A stretch of 63,224 nucleotides of DNA, counting the filler, from Choristocarpus tenellus KU-1152 (Eukaryota > Protista > Phaeophyceae), in NCBI GenBank assembly GCA_964200185.2. It is 7 parts of 7 records of this genome, joined end to end, with 100 filler letters (N's around TTAATTAATTAA, not from the genome) between each part and the next. Parts side by side here need not be neighbours in the genome. Positions count along the whole stretch, not along the records: positions 6,091 to 15,635 come from CAXNAD020003591.1; positions 15,736 to 21,522 come from CAXNAD020009754.1; positions 21,623 to 25,419 come from CAXNAD020017869.1; 4 more parts are not named here. One strand, given 5' to 3'. The position numbers and the translations under genes are program-made. Shown piece after piece: positions 11,364 to 23,189 of the stretch (positions are counted from its first letter, which is position 1; each line of letters opens with the position of its first letter). The notes under the pieces were generated by a model that saw nothing but the letters and a program-made list of their open reading frames with translations, was not told the origin of the DNA and searched no databases.

Positions 11364-12805
11364 CATCTCGTAAAACCAGGTTTCATCCACATGGATCATG
11401 TTCGCCACAGAGGCGTACAAATTACATTTCCGGTCCACTTGATCGCTAACAAAGTCCATTCTCCATAATTTTTTTCCACGATTTAAGCTTGGGTTTGATC
11501 CAGCGGTGATTCGGCATGGCCCCCATATAATCCAACAACATGTTTATGGTGCTTGTGATATAAGTCAATGCCTTGGCGGCCATCTTCATTGTCACCTGAC
11601 ACGCTGCGGATGATCGATTATCGGAGTAGATACTATGTATTGTGGACATCTTAGTCGGTGTGAGCTCTGAAGGCCGCGTACTACGTGCCGCCACCCCTAG
11701 GTCAAGCACGTGGTCAAGGGCAAGCTGATCGGTGACGTCCTCTCAGAGCCCTCGCTTGTAACGCTCGGACACTCCCAACTCCGCTGCGAGGACCGCCCCA
11801 AGATGTCGCGGCAGTTTATGCTCACCAGGGACCATTGCGAGGGTGTGCCGCACTGCAAGCGCAACCCTGGCATTCAGGGACACTTGGGCACGATTCCTAC
11901 GGGGGGGTCGACGGGGGGGTTGTCATGCCGACGTTCTGACCCTTGAAATGCCGAGTTCTGGCCTCAAAATCACCCCAAAGACCTCTACTTTTGACGGCTT
12001 GAACCACCTCTAGTTTGTACCTGATGATCCTCCATCCCCACCATTTCTGAAAGCTGAGATTGTCGACCCGATTTCATTCTGAGGAATTATCGTCCGACTC
12101 GACGCCGTTCTCGCTTGGCGAGCCCAGATGTTTCACGGCACAAACTAATGGCACAGAGGTAATACTACCACAAATACATCCAATACTTCGTTGTTTTTTC
12201 TTCTATGAATGCTATAGAAGGAAGAAATCACCCACGCTTCTAAAGCATTGTTGCAGAAGCCCTAGTACGGCTCTAGGGTACATGACATCTGTAGCGTGTC
12301 ATGTTGGTGTCGCTTAGCTTTTACAAGTTGCAAACGTGTATCCCTACATTATATTCCGTATTCGATACTATACCTTTTATCGGTGGTAAGTGATCATAAT
12401 GGAAACGAGTAGGCTTTGTTCACGAATTCTGTATTGTTTAGTTTGGCTGTCTTCGCCTTACATACGCTCCACCCCACTTCAACCGATGTCACACCACTTC
12501 ATCCTTACCATGTCACTATCCCTGCACCATCATCGTTGCCCCATCAACTATGCAGCGAATTTCCGCGTATCCACTCACCAACCCAACGCAACTAATTTGC
12601 ACTAATCCACTTACCCCTAATCCTCTCAAAGTGCTCTATCTCCATCCATGACGCTCCACCTTCCTCCACAACACTCCACAACACTCTAAAACATTCCCAA
12701 ACTTCCACCATGATACTCCACATTCCTTCACAACAACATTCCATATTTATCCATGATGAACACCCCCCCAGGCAATTATATACTCCCTATCTTGTCTTTG
12801 AACTA

Positions 12806-13064
12806 GAGTCAAAGTATCTTAGAGGGTAGAGCCGCGTCCATTTGGGGGCCAAAATCCAATGTTGCGATTATGATATAATTTTGGCTGTTGTGTTTGTTAG
12901 GAAGTGTCAATACCCATGTTCTGGATACATCTGTTAATAACATACACACTTTACCTACTCCTAAGCATTTCGAAGTCGGAAAATTTCATAAAAGAACCCA
13001 TGGGAAGCCAAGCCCCAAATGGACAAACAGGCCAAAACCCATACCCTCTAAGATACTTTCACTT
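12806..13064 (+). mobile_element. MITE family A copy 6, TSD CTA
   Basis: CTA|GAGTC...CACTT|CTA. Confidence 0.93.
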
Positions 13065-13999
13065 CTAAAAGACATCTGACCCCCTCAAGCTTGACATCCC
13101 CCCCCTACCATCCTCACTTGGAACCGCACTGCCTTCTCTGTCACTCTTTGTTGCAGGTTGTCCATGCCTGTAAAGGACAAAATATTTTCACTTGGGAGGA
13201 GCAGGGAAAATGATCTTCGCATCCATTCAGCAAACTGCCTTTAGCTCACGTTCCATGTGGAAGAACTGGCCAATTTCGAAAGGAACTGTTTACTGCAGGG
13301 GGATGTGTATGGACGAATTACGCTGTCTGGGTTCTATACATTCATTAAGGGAGGCAACTGTGGGGTGGAGATAAACATCTATCCCAAAATGAGATCTGAA
13401 AGGCGGACAAGTCCCACTGACAATGGTGTATTCGTAGGACCTGCAAATAACACCTCCTAACACACACACTCAGGGTGGGAGAATACCCACCTTACATCCA
13501 CAAATTGTTTGCGGAAGTCCACCACTAATATGATCCTGAACAGGGATGCGGCGGTGGAAGACCGGATCAGATCGACAAACCCTCTCCCAATACGTTAGTC
13601 GTACCACTCTGGTGTGCCACAAAGGTTTCCCCTCAACTCCAAACAAATTAACTTCATTCCACGTCTGCATTTTTATGCCTGCTATGGAGAAGGACAAATA
13701 ATGCCGGTGCATTCAATTTCATATTAACATTTTCGACTCTTGATCGATATCCTCTTGTCTTGCATGAACTACATGACCTATATAATATTATTACTGTTTC
13801 TAATGGTTTTGAAGCACTTTGGCATTGAAAGATACTTTTCCTAGAAAACACCGAAAAAGAATGTGACATGGTGGGTATTTCCTCCTTGCCCAACGCAGTA
13901 GTGGCAATTTTTCTTCTAGTTGTTCATTCTACACCCGAAAATTGTATAGAAACCATGCAAAAGGTGTCTCCATACACTAATTATGATAATAGTACTTTC

Positions 14000-15580
14000 C
14001 ATATACAAGCCCTAACCCCCTATACTATTCCATCATGCTTCCTCCATCATCCAACGTTGTACAGCAGTTCTCACAACCAACAGGAGACCTACACAAATAC
14101 TGGAACATAGTAATAATCATAAAACCTCCTACAACAACAAATTTTAGGTATTATTTCATTTGGTTAGGAGACTTAGTTCTTCGTCGTACATGCTTTACTC
14201 CATCTTGACCCACACAACAGATGAGCCAAACCCAGATGAGAGGTAGGCAGGGTTGCATTTTGAGGATCCCGAGAAAGGGCAAAACAATGTCATTTTCTAC
14301 AAGTGTAGGAACGCAAAAGAAATTCCTCAGTGTGTAGAGAAGATTACAAGGACATACATTTCGACACAGTCTGTATGCCCATTTTGTGACAATATTGTAG
14401 TGGTGCTGAGGTCTTCAAATCTCTCGCCACCAAGGTGTACCGACTCCAACACACAATCTTCTCCATCACCCTCTGCTACTATAGCCAGGCAACAATAACA
14501 GTCTACACAAACACACCTGGCTCAACCAAGTGCTGCCGTTGTTGTTGAGAACATTCAAATATCTTTTTCGCCGAAACCTCGACTTGGCGTTCCTGTGACT
14601 ACGTCTACTACTCACTACGTGGGTTGCAGGGCTGATAAAGCATCAGATTGCACTAGAAGAAGCAGAGATGACGACTTGAATCATTTTTCCTGCCTGGCGA
14701 ATTCATCTGTGACGTTTGCAATAGGTTGTCGACGTTTGCATCCTTCCATCGTGCACACATTTTGATAACTCACATCAAAATGGATATTTTGATGGCTTGA
14801 CACATATGAGGAGTGGTCTGGGCGCTGGCCCTTCATTCCAAGCACGGATGTCAGATTCTCCATTCACCTCGTTTTTCATCTCCACACTTGCTTTCACCAT
14901 ACCTTGAAAAAGAGTAATTGATGTGAATGCTTAGGATGGTCATATATAGATTTGAATCCTTTTTGCCTCGAGTAGGACATCGTCCAGATCCCTCGACCCT
15001 CTCAATTTGTTACCAAGTTTTGCTTTGTTTTGACATCTCCCAGTCACGGGCAAGCACATGATTTATAGTTCACGATCGTTAAAATATTGGAACTGGAAGA
15101 CAGCTGGACCTCATCACTCCAGATCTCCAGATATTGGGGCTACAAAATAGGACTTTATATGAAGGGCGAGAAGGTAAGTTCCTTTTCACTCTAAAAAACG
15201 ATTAGACAGTGGGTAGGTTCCTCAAAGTGGATAGGATAATCCCTTTTCTTACAAACAGGATGTATGTCCTCTTGCTCGCAGAGAGGCAAAGCAATAGTCC
15301 TGGTCAACGATCCATCACTAAGCTTGTAACCACTGATCAGATTCCTTCAAACCCTTCGCATCAGCGCAGTTCCTCTTGAGGCATCTGAGCCAAATCAATT
15401 GAAAGGAAGGCAAGCTTGGGTCCTTTTTCGTCCTATAAGCGTCCTTCTTAACCTATGCAATAATGTAAGCAATAATTGATATTCCTCATTTCCACTTACA
15501 AGGCAACACCACACCGAAGCAAAGGCCCTTTCGCCAGACATTATCACTATGTGGTGACAAACCTCTAAGTTGAAGCCGGT
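14000..15580 (+). mobile_element. Highly decayed LINE ORF2 (APE endonuclease plus RT N-terminus)
   Basis: Frameshifted motif remnants in the expected order: QQETY (~14078), GRVAF (~14247), AVVV-(GDFN-like) (~14535), SPG (~15296), FRPISVL (~15427). Boundaries approximate. Confidence 0.5.
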
Positions 15581-15582
15581 TT

Positions 15583-15635
15583 GAGCACTACTTGGGGGGG
15601 GGGGGGGGGTGGCGTCCGTTTTTCCCCGATCGGAA
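15583..15635 (+). mobile_element. Degenerate family B end at contig break
   Basis: TACTTG(n)TGGCGTCCGTTTTTCCCC resembles 33139-33203. Confidence 0.6.
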
Positions 15636-15735
15636 NNNNNNNNNNNNNNNNNNNNNNNNNNNNNNNNNNNNNNNNNNNNTTAATTAATTAANNNNNNNNN
15701 NNNNNNNNNNNNNNNNNNNNNNNNNNNNNNNNNNN
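15636..15735. other. Artificial contig spacer
   Basis: N/TTAATTAATTAA/N, 100 nt. Confidence 0.97.
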
Positions 15736-17474
15736 GAGCAGCAACAGGGGCAATGGTGGTTGCAAAGCAGGGGGGTGGCAGTGAGGATCTCGGTGTTGGG
15801 GAACAGGTGATGAATGAATTGTTTGGTAAGGGACAGATAGGGAGATAACTTTGAAGAGCCTTAGTACAATACCTGGAGTTAGGTGGTGTTTAGTAGGTTC
15901 CCCACAGCATTAACAAGGCCCTGGGTGTGTGTGTACTTTGGGGGATTAGGGTTACAGTTAGGGTTTGCACAACTAGAAGAGTGGGGATCTTGGTCGTGGC
16001 AATGTAGTGGTCTAAACAATCATGATCACTCAGTGAGTTGATGAAGGAACCACTGCCTTACGGTATACATACAATAGTTGTTTCTTAGGAATAAACTCCA
16101 GTCTACAATCCAATCTCCTTCAATGTTCGTATCCACTTCATTGTGTCAATTCACCAATTCCCCTGCATTTCTAGTGAGTTTCCTCTGCACATAATTGGTA
16201 TGTCGCCCTTGCTTCCTTCCCCTCCTCCCCAGACCACTCCCCTCCCACTAATGTCACTGCCTATCCTCCTCCATTGTAGCTGTCTTGTGCAGTTGCTCTA
16301 GTTGCTGTAGGTTGTCCTTTGTTAATTTATGTATCACTGTCTGTACTGTCTGTATGTACTGCTATCGCATTGACTGAGTGCTTGCTGTGTCGGTTCTGCT
16401 TTTGTGGAGACAGGGTTAGGGATAGTGCACATTACTGTACATATATGCAGCAATAGGATCCGCCTTCCATACATTGATACATGCAATGAAAACAGACACA
16501 CTGCAGTGTGCTATCTAGTGTATGAAACAAGCCTTGCGGTCTGAGTCTGCTTTTTGTTGTAGCCATATTTCTTGCAATTATGTCATGGCAGCAGTAAGTA
16601 CCCCTTAACTCCTTCCATCTCCATACACTAAAATCCATATTTAGGGTGTTGAAACAGGACTCAGTAAAGGCAAGGGTAAGAAGAGGAGAAGGGTGGGCGA
16701 CTTACCCGTAACTGGATCTGCCAGGTGTGTTAGATGGGACACAGAATATACTGAGATGGGAACATGCACATTTCACTGGCGTTGTAGGGTGAAGGGGAAC
16801 AATTGTTAGCCCAGAGTTTGTTCTGTAGTACCCCTATTATCGTGGTGCATTACTCATAACCAGCAGTGTGTATTTTGCTTTGGAAGGTACAGTATGTAGT
16901 AGTTCGGACTATGTTAGGGGGTATACCCTAAAGAGGGATAAATGTTTTGTTCTTTGTAAGATGTAGAGTGTGTCCTCTGGTATGAGATAGAATTGGTTCA
17001 CCGCCTAACCCTAACCCTAGGATGTTGTGAATGGAGTTGAGATTCCCCGTGCCTGTCTGCGTACCGTGTTAGAACCCTAACCCTAACCAAAAAAGTTCTC
17101 AGTCCACCAAATTGCCTCCGTATACATTTTACCTAAATGTTGCATGCACTGTCCTGCTCAAGCAACACAAGGGTAGTGAACTCCTTGGGTAGGAATTGCC
17201 TTCCGCTTGAGGGTTTTTTTCTTTGTTGTGGTAGTGTTTTGGTGGATAATAGTGGTGTCTGCTACGTTAGTTGTCTGTTGCAGAGTCCCACTCGAGCTCA
17301 GGTTCGGTCTCCCATGTCAGGGCTAGGGGGGGGGCTAGGGTCATATTGGATTGGTCTAGTTCAGCGGATAATACATGGTGTGTGTGTGACTGCCAAATCC
17401 CTGCTACATTAACAAATTTCTTTTATGTGTACTCTGTTGGTTACACCCTGAGATGGTTGTGTGTATGTAACTAG

Positions 17475-20400
17475 AATCGACATTCTATGAACGGAACGGC
17501 GGTGCTCTCTTCCCTCTTTGGTGTGACAAGGGCACCTTCTCTTGCACCAGGGGAAGCAAAAGCGGCAGAAGATCACCTTACAAAGCAGGTGGTGATGAAG
17601 TCCAAAGCGCATGGGATCGATGAATTGCGGGAGACCAGCTGGTGGCTCCCAAGGTTTGCCCCGGAGAATTTGGAGCCAGTAGTCAAGATGGTGAGAAGTA
17701 GGGTCACTTGCTCGGCTGTGTTGCGCTGTCGTTTCTGTATTTTATTTTTATGTAGTAATGGTACTGTGATAGTGTGGTGTGCCAGTGCATCTCCAGGTCT
17801 ATCCTGTTTGGTGTTTGTTGAGGTATGGGGAAGAGGTATTGAATAAGAAGGTTTGGAGATGCAGAGTTTAGTTTGGTGCTTCAGGCTTTTATCGGGAAGA
17901 TTTGCACAAGGTGTGGTGCACGTATTGTTTCCCAGGATAGCACTGGCGAGGGCTACGGGTAGTGGATCATGATACATGAGCTTTTAACATTGTTGCGTTG
18001 TTAGAGGAGGGAGAGAGAGTATGAGATGGCAACTCTGGACGGACAAACTTACAGTTACTCGTGGATGCACAGGCAACACTGTGCCTATTCTGTGATAGGC
18101 TACTGTTGTCCAACCGGGTTACTCTGCCCTATGGTATGATAGTATTGCATTGTGTTAAGGTACGTCAGTCAGGAGACCTTGACATGCGCTGGTGTTCCGG
18201 GTTGGGATTTCCAGCTGAGTGGTTTTTTGCTGCTGTTATCGTTCTTCTTGGACAAATGGAGGCGGTGTCCATCGTGATATGGTGTATCTTGACTCTCAAG
18301 TACGGAGACAGGGATGGGGTATCGCGTTGACTGTACATCTTGCATGCAAAGCTGGTACGACTTGATTTGTGCCTTGGGGCTCTGTTTGTAGTAGCACTGA
18401 AAGTATGCACTCTCAAGAGGGTACACCTTTTTGATGTACAGTGTGTCACAAGTGTATAAAGACAGAGATGTAGTCGTGAAATAATGAAATGCTGTAGGAA
18501 GGCCTGCATATGTTGTGATCCGATCTTGGAATGGTCCTTGTCTTTGCCAGAACAAGGCGATGACGTGACCGAAATGGGCTCGTACCATGTGCCGATCGTG
18601 CCGAGCATTGCTACATATTTATTGCTACATATTTCTAGTGCTTTATTTCATTATAGGATACATCAAGGGCTCTGGTGTATCAGCAAAATTTCTAAGGCGT
18701 TATTTGTTGAGGGTAGAGAGTACTTGTGATGGCGGTCATGTTTTGTTTCAGCCGTAGAGGTTCAAGAAATGAGACCCTGTGGTCTCAAACTACTGCCAAA
18801 TTGAACTGGGTTGATATTGTAGAGCACCCCTTGATTGTTTCCTCGGAACTATTGATGCTTGGTAGTAGTTGTGCTTTGGACCACCATAGTGGTGTTGAAA
18901 TTATTATGTAGCTCTCGCTATTCTCTGTCATTTTAGAACATATAGTTCATTTAGTGTGTGTGTGTATGCCCTGAGTCCGAAGCCTACACCCTGACCTTGT
19001 TTGACCTTCTCATTGGAACATGTCCTCAGCCCAACAAGCGTCCAAGCAGCCCCATGACCGGGGAGCCACTCCGTCCCAAAGATCTGATTCCGGTGAACTT
19101 TACTTTGGATGTTGAGAAGAGAGAGGTGAGAGAGATGAGTTGAATTTGTCTTCGATCGAAATGTCATGGAAATGTTGTTTAACTGTTGCCGTGGAAGGAG
19201 TCTATGGAGCCTATACCTCGCACCAGCCCAATTTGAAGGATTTGGTACTACTAGAGGTGTTTTCATTCATTTCAGTAATACCGACAGAAGGGGACTTCTT
19301 CACTTCTTTGTAAAGGTTCCTTGGATTGTCCCAGACATATTCTATACCCTTTGCTGTATTTAGAGGTCCTAATTCTGACCCTGGTACATCTCCATCCATA
19401 TTTCAATCCACGATATCATGGTAATAGTATGTACTGGGAGGTATTATTCTTGTACCTGTGGTTCATTGTGGCAAGGGACAATGCCACCATGCACGCATGA
19501 ATGTGTTTCAGTTGAAGCACTTTGAATCACTACATGCATGCACTAAGCTTTATTGTGTAAGGAGCGCACACGGTAATTAGCACAAGTCCACTACATGTCC
19601 TATTGGGGGCGATTGGAGCGATTATTACCAGGGGTGAGGCACTGGGGACGGAGCCTGCAGAGTGTAACCTTAGTTTGAGGAATCTTGAACGACTGTCCCA
19701 GACACGCGTTGAGTAAAACCTGTGTAGGCTTAGTAGCTTAGCTCATTGTAGTTTTGACAGTTACGCTTCTATTGTTGATGCACCTTTGGTGTGTGTGAGG
19801 TATACTCGTGTGGTGTTTGTATTTGTTTTTTGTCCTGGAAAGCGATTGATGTGTCGTTGAGTTTTTGAGCATTGTGTACTTCAGGGGGTTGAGATTGTTG
19901 ACCTCGTCGCTTGCTCTTGACCCCCCTGTTAGTTTCCGTTACATGTTGCTTGCTTGTCTTTCATCCCTGCTCGATGATGTTATCGCGATGTGCTTGGTGT
20001 TCCAGTTGCATCTTGTGCTTGGGAGAAACCGGAAGCATTTCAGTACCACCTGTCTACCCACTCTTGTGTCGAAAAAAATCAAAACTCAACTGCTTTATTT
20101 TTTTTTGTTGTGAACCGGTTATAGGACTTGGTGTTTTCAAACACTTCCATGACTAGTCAAGTGCAGAAATATGCTTCCTATTTCTCCAGGCGCAGGTGAA
20201 ATTTGAATGTAAAAAGGGTTGCGGAAAAATGCCCCAAGGTATACTTTGTTGTTTGAAGTTTTATTTTGTGTGTTAACATGCTACTTGAAGTAACATGCTA
20301 TGCTGTTTGTCGGTGCGTTGTTGGCATTGGCAAGGAAGGCGTCTGCATTGGCAGGTGGGGAGGCTGGTAAGGGAGGGATAATTTGCCCTGTCACCAGGAA

Positions 20401-21359
20401 GGAGATACGTACGCAAAAGGTGGTGGTCATCAAGAAGTGAGAATAGTTGACGGGTCTGGTTGCCCCACCCATACCTTTGCCCTCCCTCCCCCACATCCCG
20501 TGATTCATAGCCAGAACAATTGAAGTAGTGGTCCCACTCTGTGGTGTATTAACATCTAGTTTAATATTTGTGTTTTGTTGATGTAGTTGCACGTGTGTTT
20601 TTGGCGATTTGGGACACTAGGCATGTTTGGGGCTGTACTTGCCAGGCGTGTCTTCTTGTGAATAGATGTGAAACGTCTTGTGAAGGCTTATTGGCTGTGC
20701 TTGCGCCCTCCTTCCACTCATGGTGTTGTTGGAGCCTTCCCGTACACTTCAGTCATGCAGTGCGTGCCTGTCACATTAGCCCCACCCCCTATCTTGGAGA
20801 TGTTCTACTCTAACTCTAACACTCTCAGTTTAACACTCTCAGTGTAGTCAACCCAGAAGCACTTTGTGCTGTTTAATCTGCAGCTCAACAAGTAGCCCTG
20901 GTATTAGTGTGTCTTGTGTAATGGTATTTAGTTGGTAAGTGCTGGTAAAAATATTGAAGTTAGGGTTACAAAGATCAATGAGCAACCTCTCCCCTACATG
21001 GGTGAGGCAATTATACCTCAGATAAGTTGTCTCAAGGAGTTCGATCTTCACAATGGAAAATATATGCGTTTTCTTTTTCACCTACATCTCAATTGGAGGC
21101 ACCATCTGTATGTTAGATTTTGAGCAAGAGCTCTTGGTACAGAATGAAGAGACTAGATATCAGTCAGGCAGTCTGACTCCTTTAGTCATTTACCTACAGT
21201 CCCCCAATCATAATATTTTCACTGTGCTTCTTGGTTTACCCCACATATCCCCCATTTGATGTGTTACGTTTTGATCTTTTTTTCTCAGTACGGGCCAGGT
21301 CATGCTGGCAGAAGCAGCTCAGAAATTTGCGATCCCTACAATGACATGCCCGGTGACAG
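17475..21359 (+). CDS. NOSIP: Nitric oxide synthase-interacting protein (U-box/RING-like E3, splicing factor) homolog, internal part; exons ~17475-17690, 19030-19125, ~20339-20436, 21289-21359
   Basis: Spliced peptide TSWWLPRFAPEN..KM|PNKRPSSPMTGEPLRPKDLIPVNF..|..IICPVTRKEIRTQKVVVIKN|TGQVMLAEAAQKFAIPTMTCPVTG follows the NOSIP C-terminal pattern (FWxP, PxxGxxLxxKDLxxVxF, CPVT...G.V...CPVTG). Both ends are cut by contig limits; 15736-15806 may be a further exon. Confidence 0.85.
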
Positions 21360-21522
21360 GTGTGTACCTAAGGTCTAATGCACTTAGTGAGTGTTGTCCT
21401 CGTAATGTTTGGAGTGATTTTCCTGTTGGTGTTGCAGTGGGTGGAGAAAATATAAACCCTATGTTGTTGCCTGGTATTTGACGTATGTATTCCATGCCTT
21501 CTTGTTACTTGTTCGGGGGGGG

Positions 21523-21622
21523 NNNNNNNNNNNNNNNNNNNNNNNNNNNNNNNNNNNNNNNNNNNNTTAATTAATTAANNNNNNNNNNNNNNNNNNNNNN
21601 NNNNNNNNNNNNNNNNNNNNNN
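21523..21622. other. Artificial contig spacer
   Basis: N/TTAATTAATTAA/N, 100 nt. Confidence 0.97.
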
Positions 21623-21664
21623 CCCAAATGGACAGCCGCCACCCCCGCCCAGATACTTTGAGCC
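21623..21664 (-). mobile_element. Family B TIR element end at contig start
   Basis: Reverse complement GGCTCAAAGTATCTGGGCGGGGGTGGCGGCTGTCCATTTGGG. Confidence 0.8.
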
Positions 21665-21899
21665 TTTGGAAAGACAAAAGGCATCGCCATGCACAAGCGG
21701 GAAGCTGTCATTTGAAAGCACTTTCGGCTGAGCAAGATGTGTGCCAAGGTCCAATGAGGCACCCAATCACAAGCCGCACAGAAGTACGGAGAATGACCAC
21801 AACAATGTTGGCTTGGTTGGTGAGGGTTTTAGAGCTTGGGTGGTGGACAGGGCATAGGTTTGGTCTCTGGTTGCAAGAGGCGACCGAGAACATTTCCTC

Positions 21900-23141
21900 C
21901 AGAGGAGATTGATGCGATTGAAGGAGTCACAATGCCCAAACGTACCAGTGAGAGGATATGAGCTACTGACGCCAAAATGTTATCAAAAACGAAAAATAAG
22001 GAGGTATAACAAAGAGACTCGGGTCAAACCCTATCGAAGATCCATCAAACCCCTCCTCTCTGACCAACACAAGGTCAATGGGGCGGCCTTCGTCGTGAGC
22101 TGTATCCTGGAAAAGGATATGGGACACGTGTGTAACCCCATGTTTGACTGGGTCCCTCAGAACGAAAAGTGACTTGACATGGCTTTCGACCGAAAGGGGG
22201 TTTATCTCAAGTCCAGGTAGGCACAGCCTAATGTTCTCGTGTCACAAGTAAATCACACTAGCCAAAGGTTATTCTGTCAAAAAGTGATGTTTCTGACTGC
22301 TAACGTAAGTTTCTGTGTTTTGGAGGATATAACTTGATGGCATAGGAAGATGGGCATTGAGTGTATGTATCTTAGAGGGTACGAGTTTTACCCTGTTTGT
22401 CCGTTTGGGACTTGGCTTCCCATCGTTTCTTTTATTACCTATTCCTACTCCAAAATGTTTCGGAGTAGGTAAAATGTATACGTTATGAAAAGGTGTGCCT
22501 GGAACAATGATGTTTACACTTCCGAACAAACACGATAGCCAAAATTACATCAAAATCACATTAGATTTTGGCCCCCAAATGGACGCGGCTCTACCCTCTA
22601 AGATAATTTTTGCTCATTTGGCAACTGATGAGCCGAGTTCTAACAAGATCATCATCCTGTAACCGCACCTCAATATTTTGGAGACGAATGCCAATATGGC
22701 TGTTTAGCTTAATTAGAAAATGCTCATAGAGGAGGTCTTGCCAGCTTTAGTGCCTCACCCATAACTGCTAGAGTAGGACATTGTTTTCCTTCAGGCCGAC
22801 AATGCAAGGCCACGTACAGCATTTACTGCCGAGAAAGCAGTGAGTGCTTAGGTCACTATTAGAGGCTTCTCAATATGTGTGCTCAAGCAACCTGAGTGAT
22901 ATCCAGTAACCGGATTTCAACATTCTGGACCTCGGATTCTTCTTCCGCTCGCTGCAGACCAGGGCAGTGCGGCTTCACTTGGACAACATCCAAGACCTTG
23001 TCCAAAATGAGGCGAAACGTACGACGAGCATGATGCTAGGATCCATGAGAAGGTCTGGCAGATTCTCTTCACACAGCACAAGGGCGTGTTGAACTCTCAG
23101 GATATAATAATTTAAAGGGAGCACGCAAAATTTGGAGGATA
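21900..23141 (+). mobile_element. Decayed DD39D mariner transposase of a second, more diverged family; interrupted by MITE A7
   Basis: SIKPLLSDQHKV, PMFDWVPQNEK* (HxDEKW-like), FLQADNARP, and LKQP...DFNILDLGFF...RSLQ (~22880-22957) with frameshifts. Confidence 0.75.
22359..22615 (-). mobile_element. MITE family A copy 7, TSD ATT
   Basis: ATT|GAGTG...TGCTC|ATT. Confidence 0.92.
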
Positions 23142-23186
23142 GAGCGAAAGTATCTTAGAGGGTACGAGTTTTGCTCTGTTTGTCCA
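23142..23186 (-). mobile_element. Family A terminus (single TIR plus subterminal) leading into a tandem array
   Basis: GAGCGAAAGTATCTTAGAGGGTACGAGTTTTGCTCTGTTTGTCCA matches the first ~45 bp of reverse-oriented copies A7-A9. Confidence 0.85.
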
Positions 23187-23189
23187 GTA

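Larger units (their letters stand above)
9944..12162 (-). mobile_element. Full-length but dead DD39D (PlantMar-type) mariner transposon with Stowaway-like TIRs and TA TSD
   Basis: TA|CTACCTCCGTGCCATAAGTCTGT ... ACAAACTAATGGCACAGAGGTAA|TA. Transposase motifs VQHKSHIPQ...ARP...FDGKLGVW, VVVQQDGATP and QPSNSSDLNIMGPCFFRSLK. Disrupted by MITEs A4 and A5. Confidence 0.9.

Noticed and set aside
13080-13990. Possible Copia or host-gene fragment
   Set aside because: No ordered set of motifs could be found in any frame.
14237-14262. RGRQGCIL resembling the RT GxRQGC motif
   Set aside because: It lies upstream of the RPIS motif, i.e. in the wrong order for RT, and is better explained as an alternative frame of the endonuclease region.
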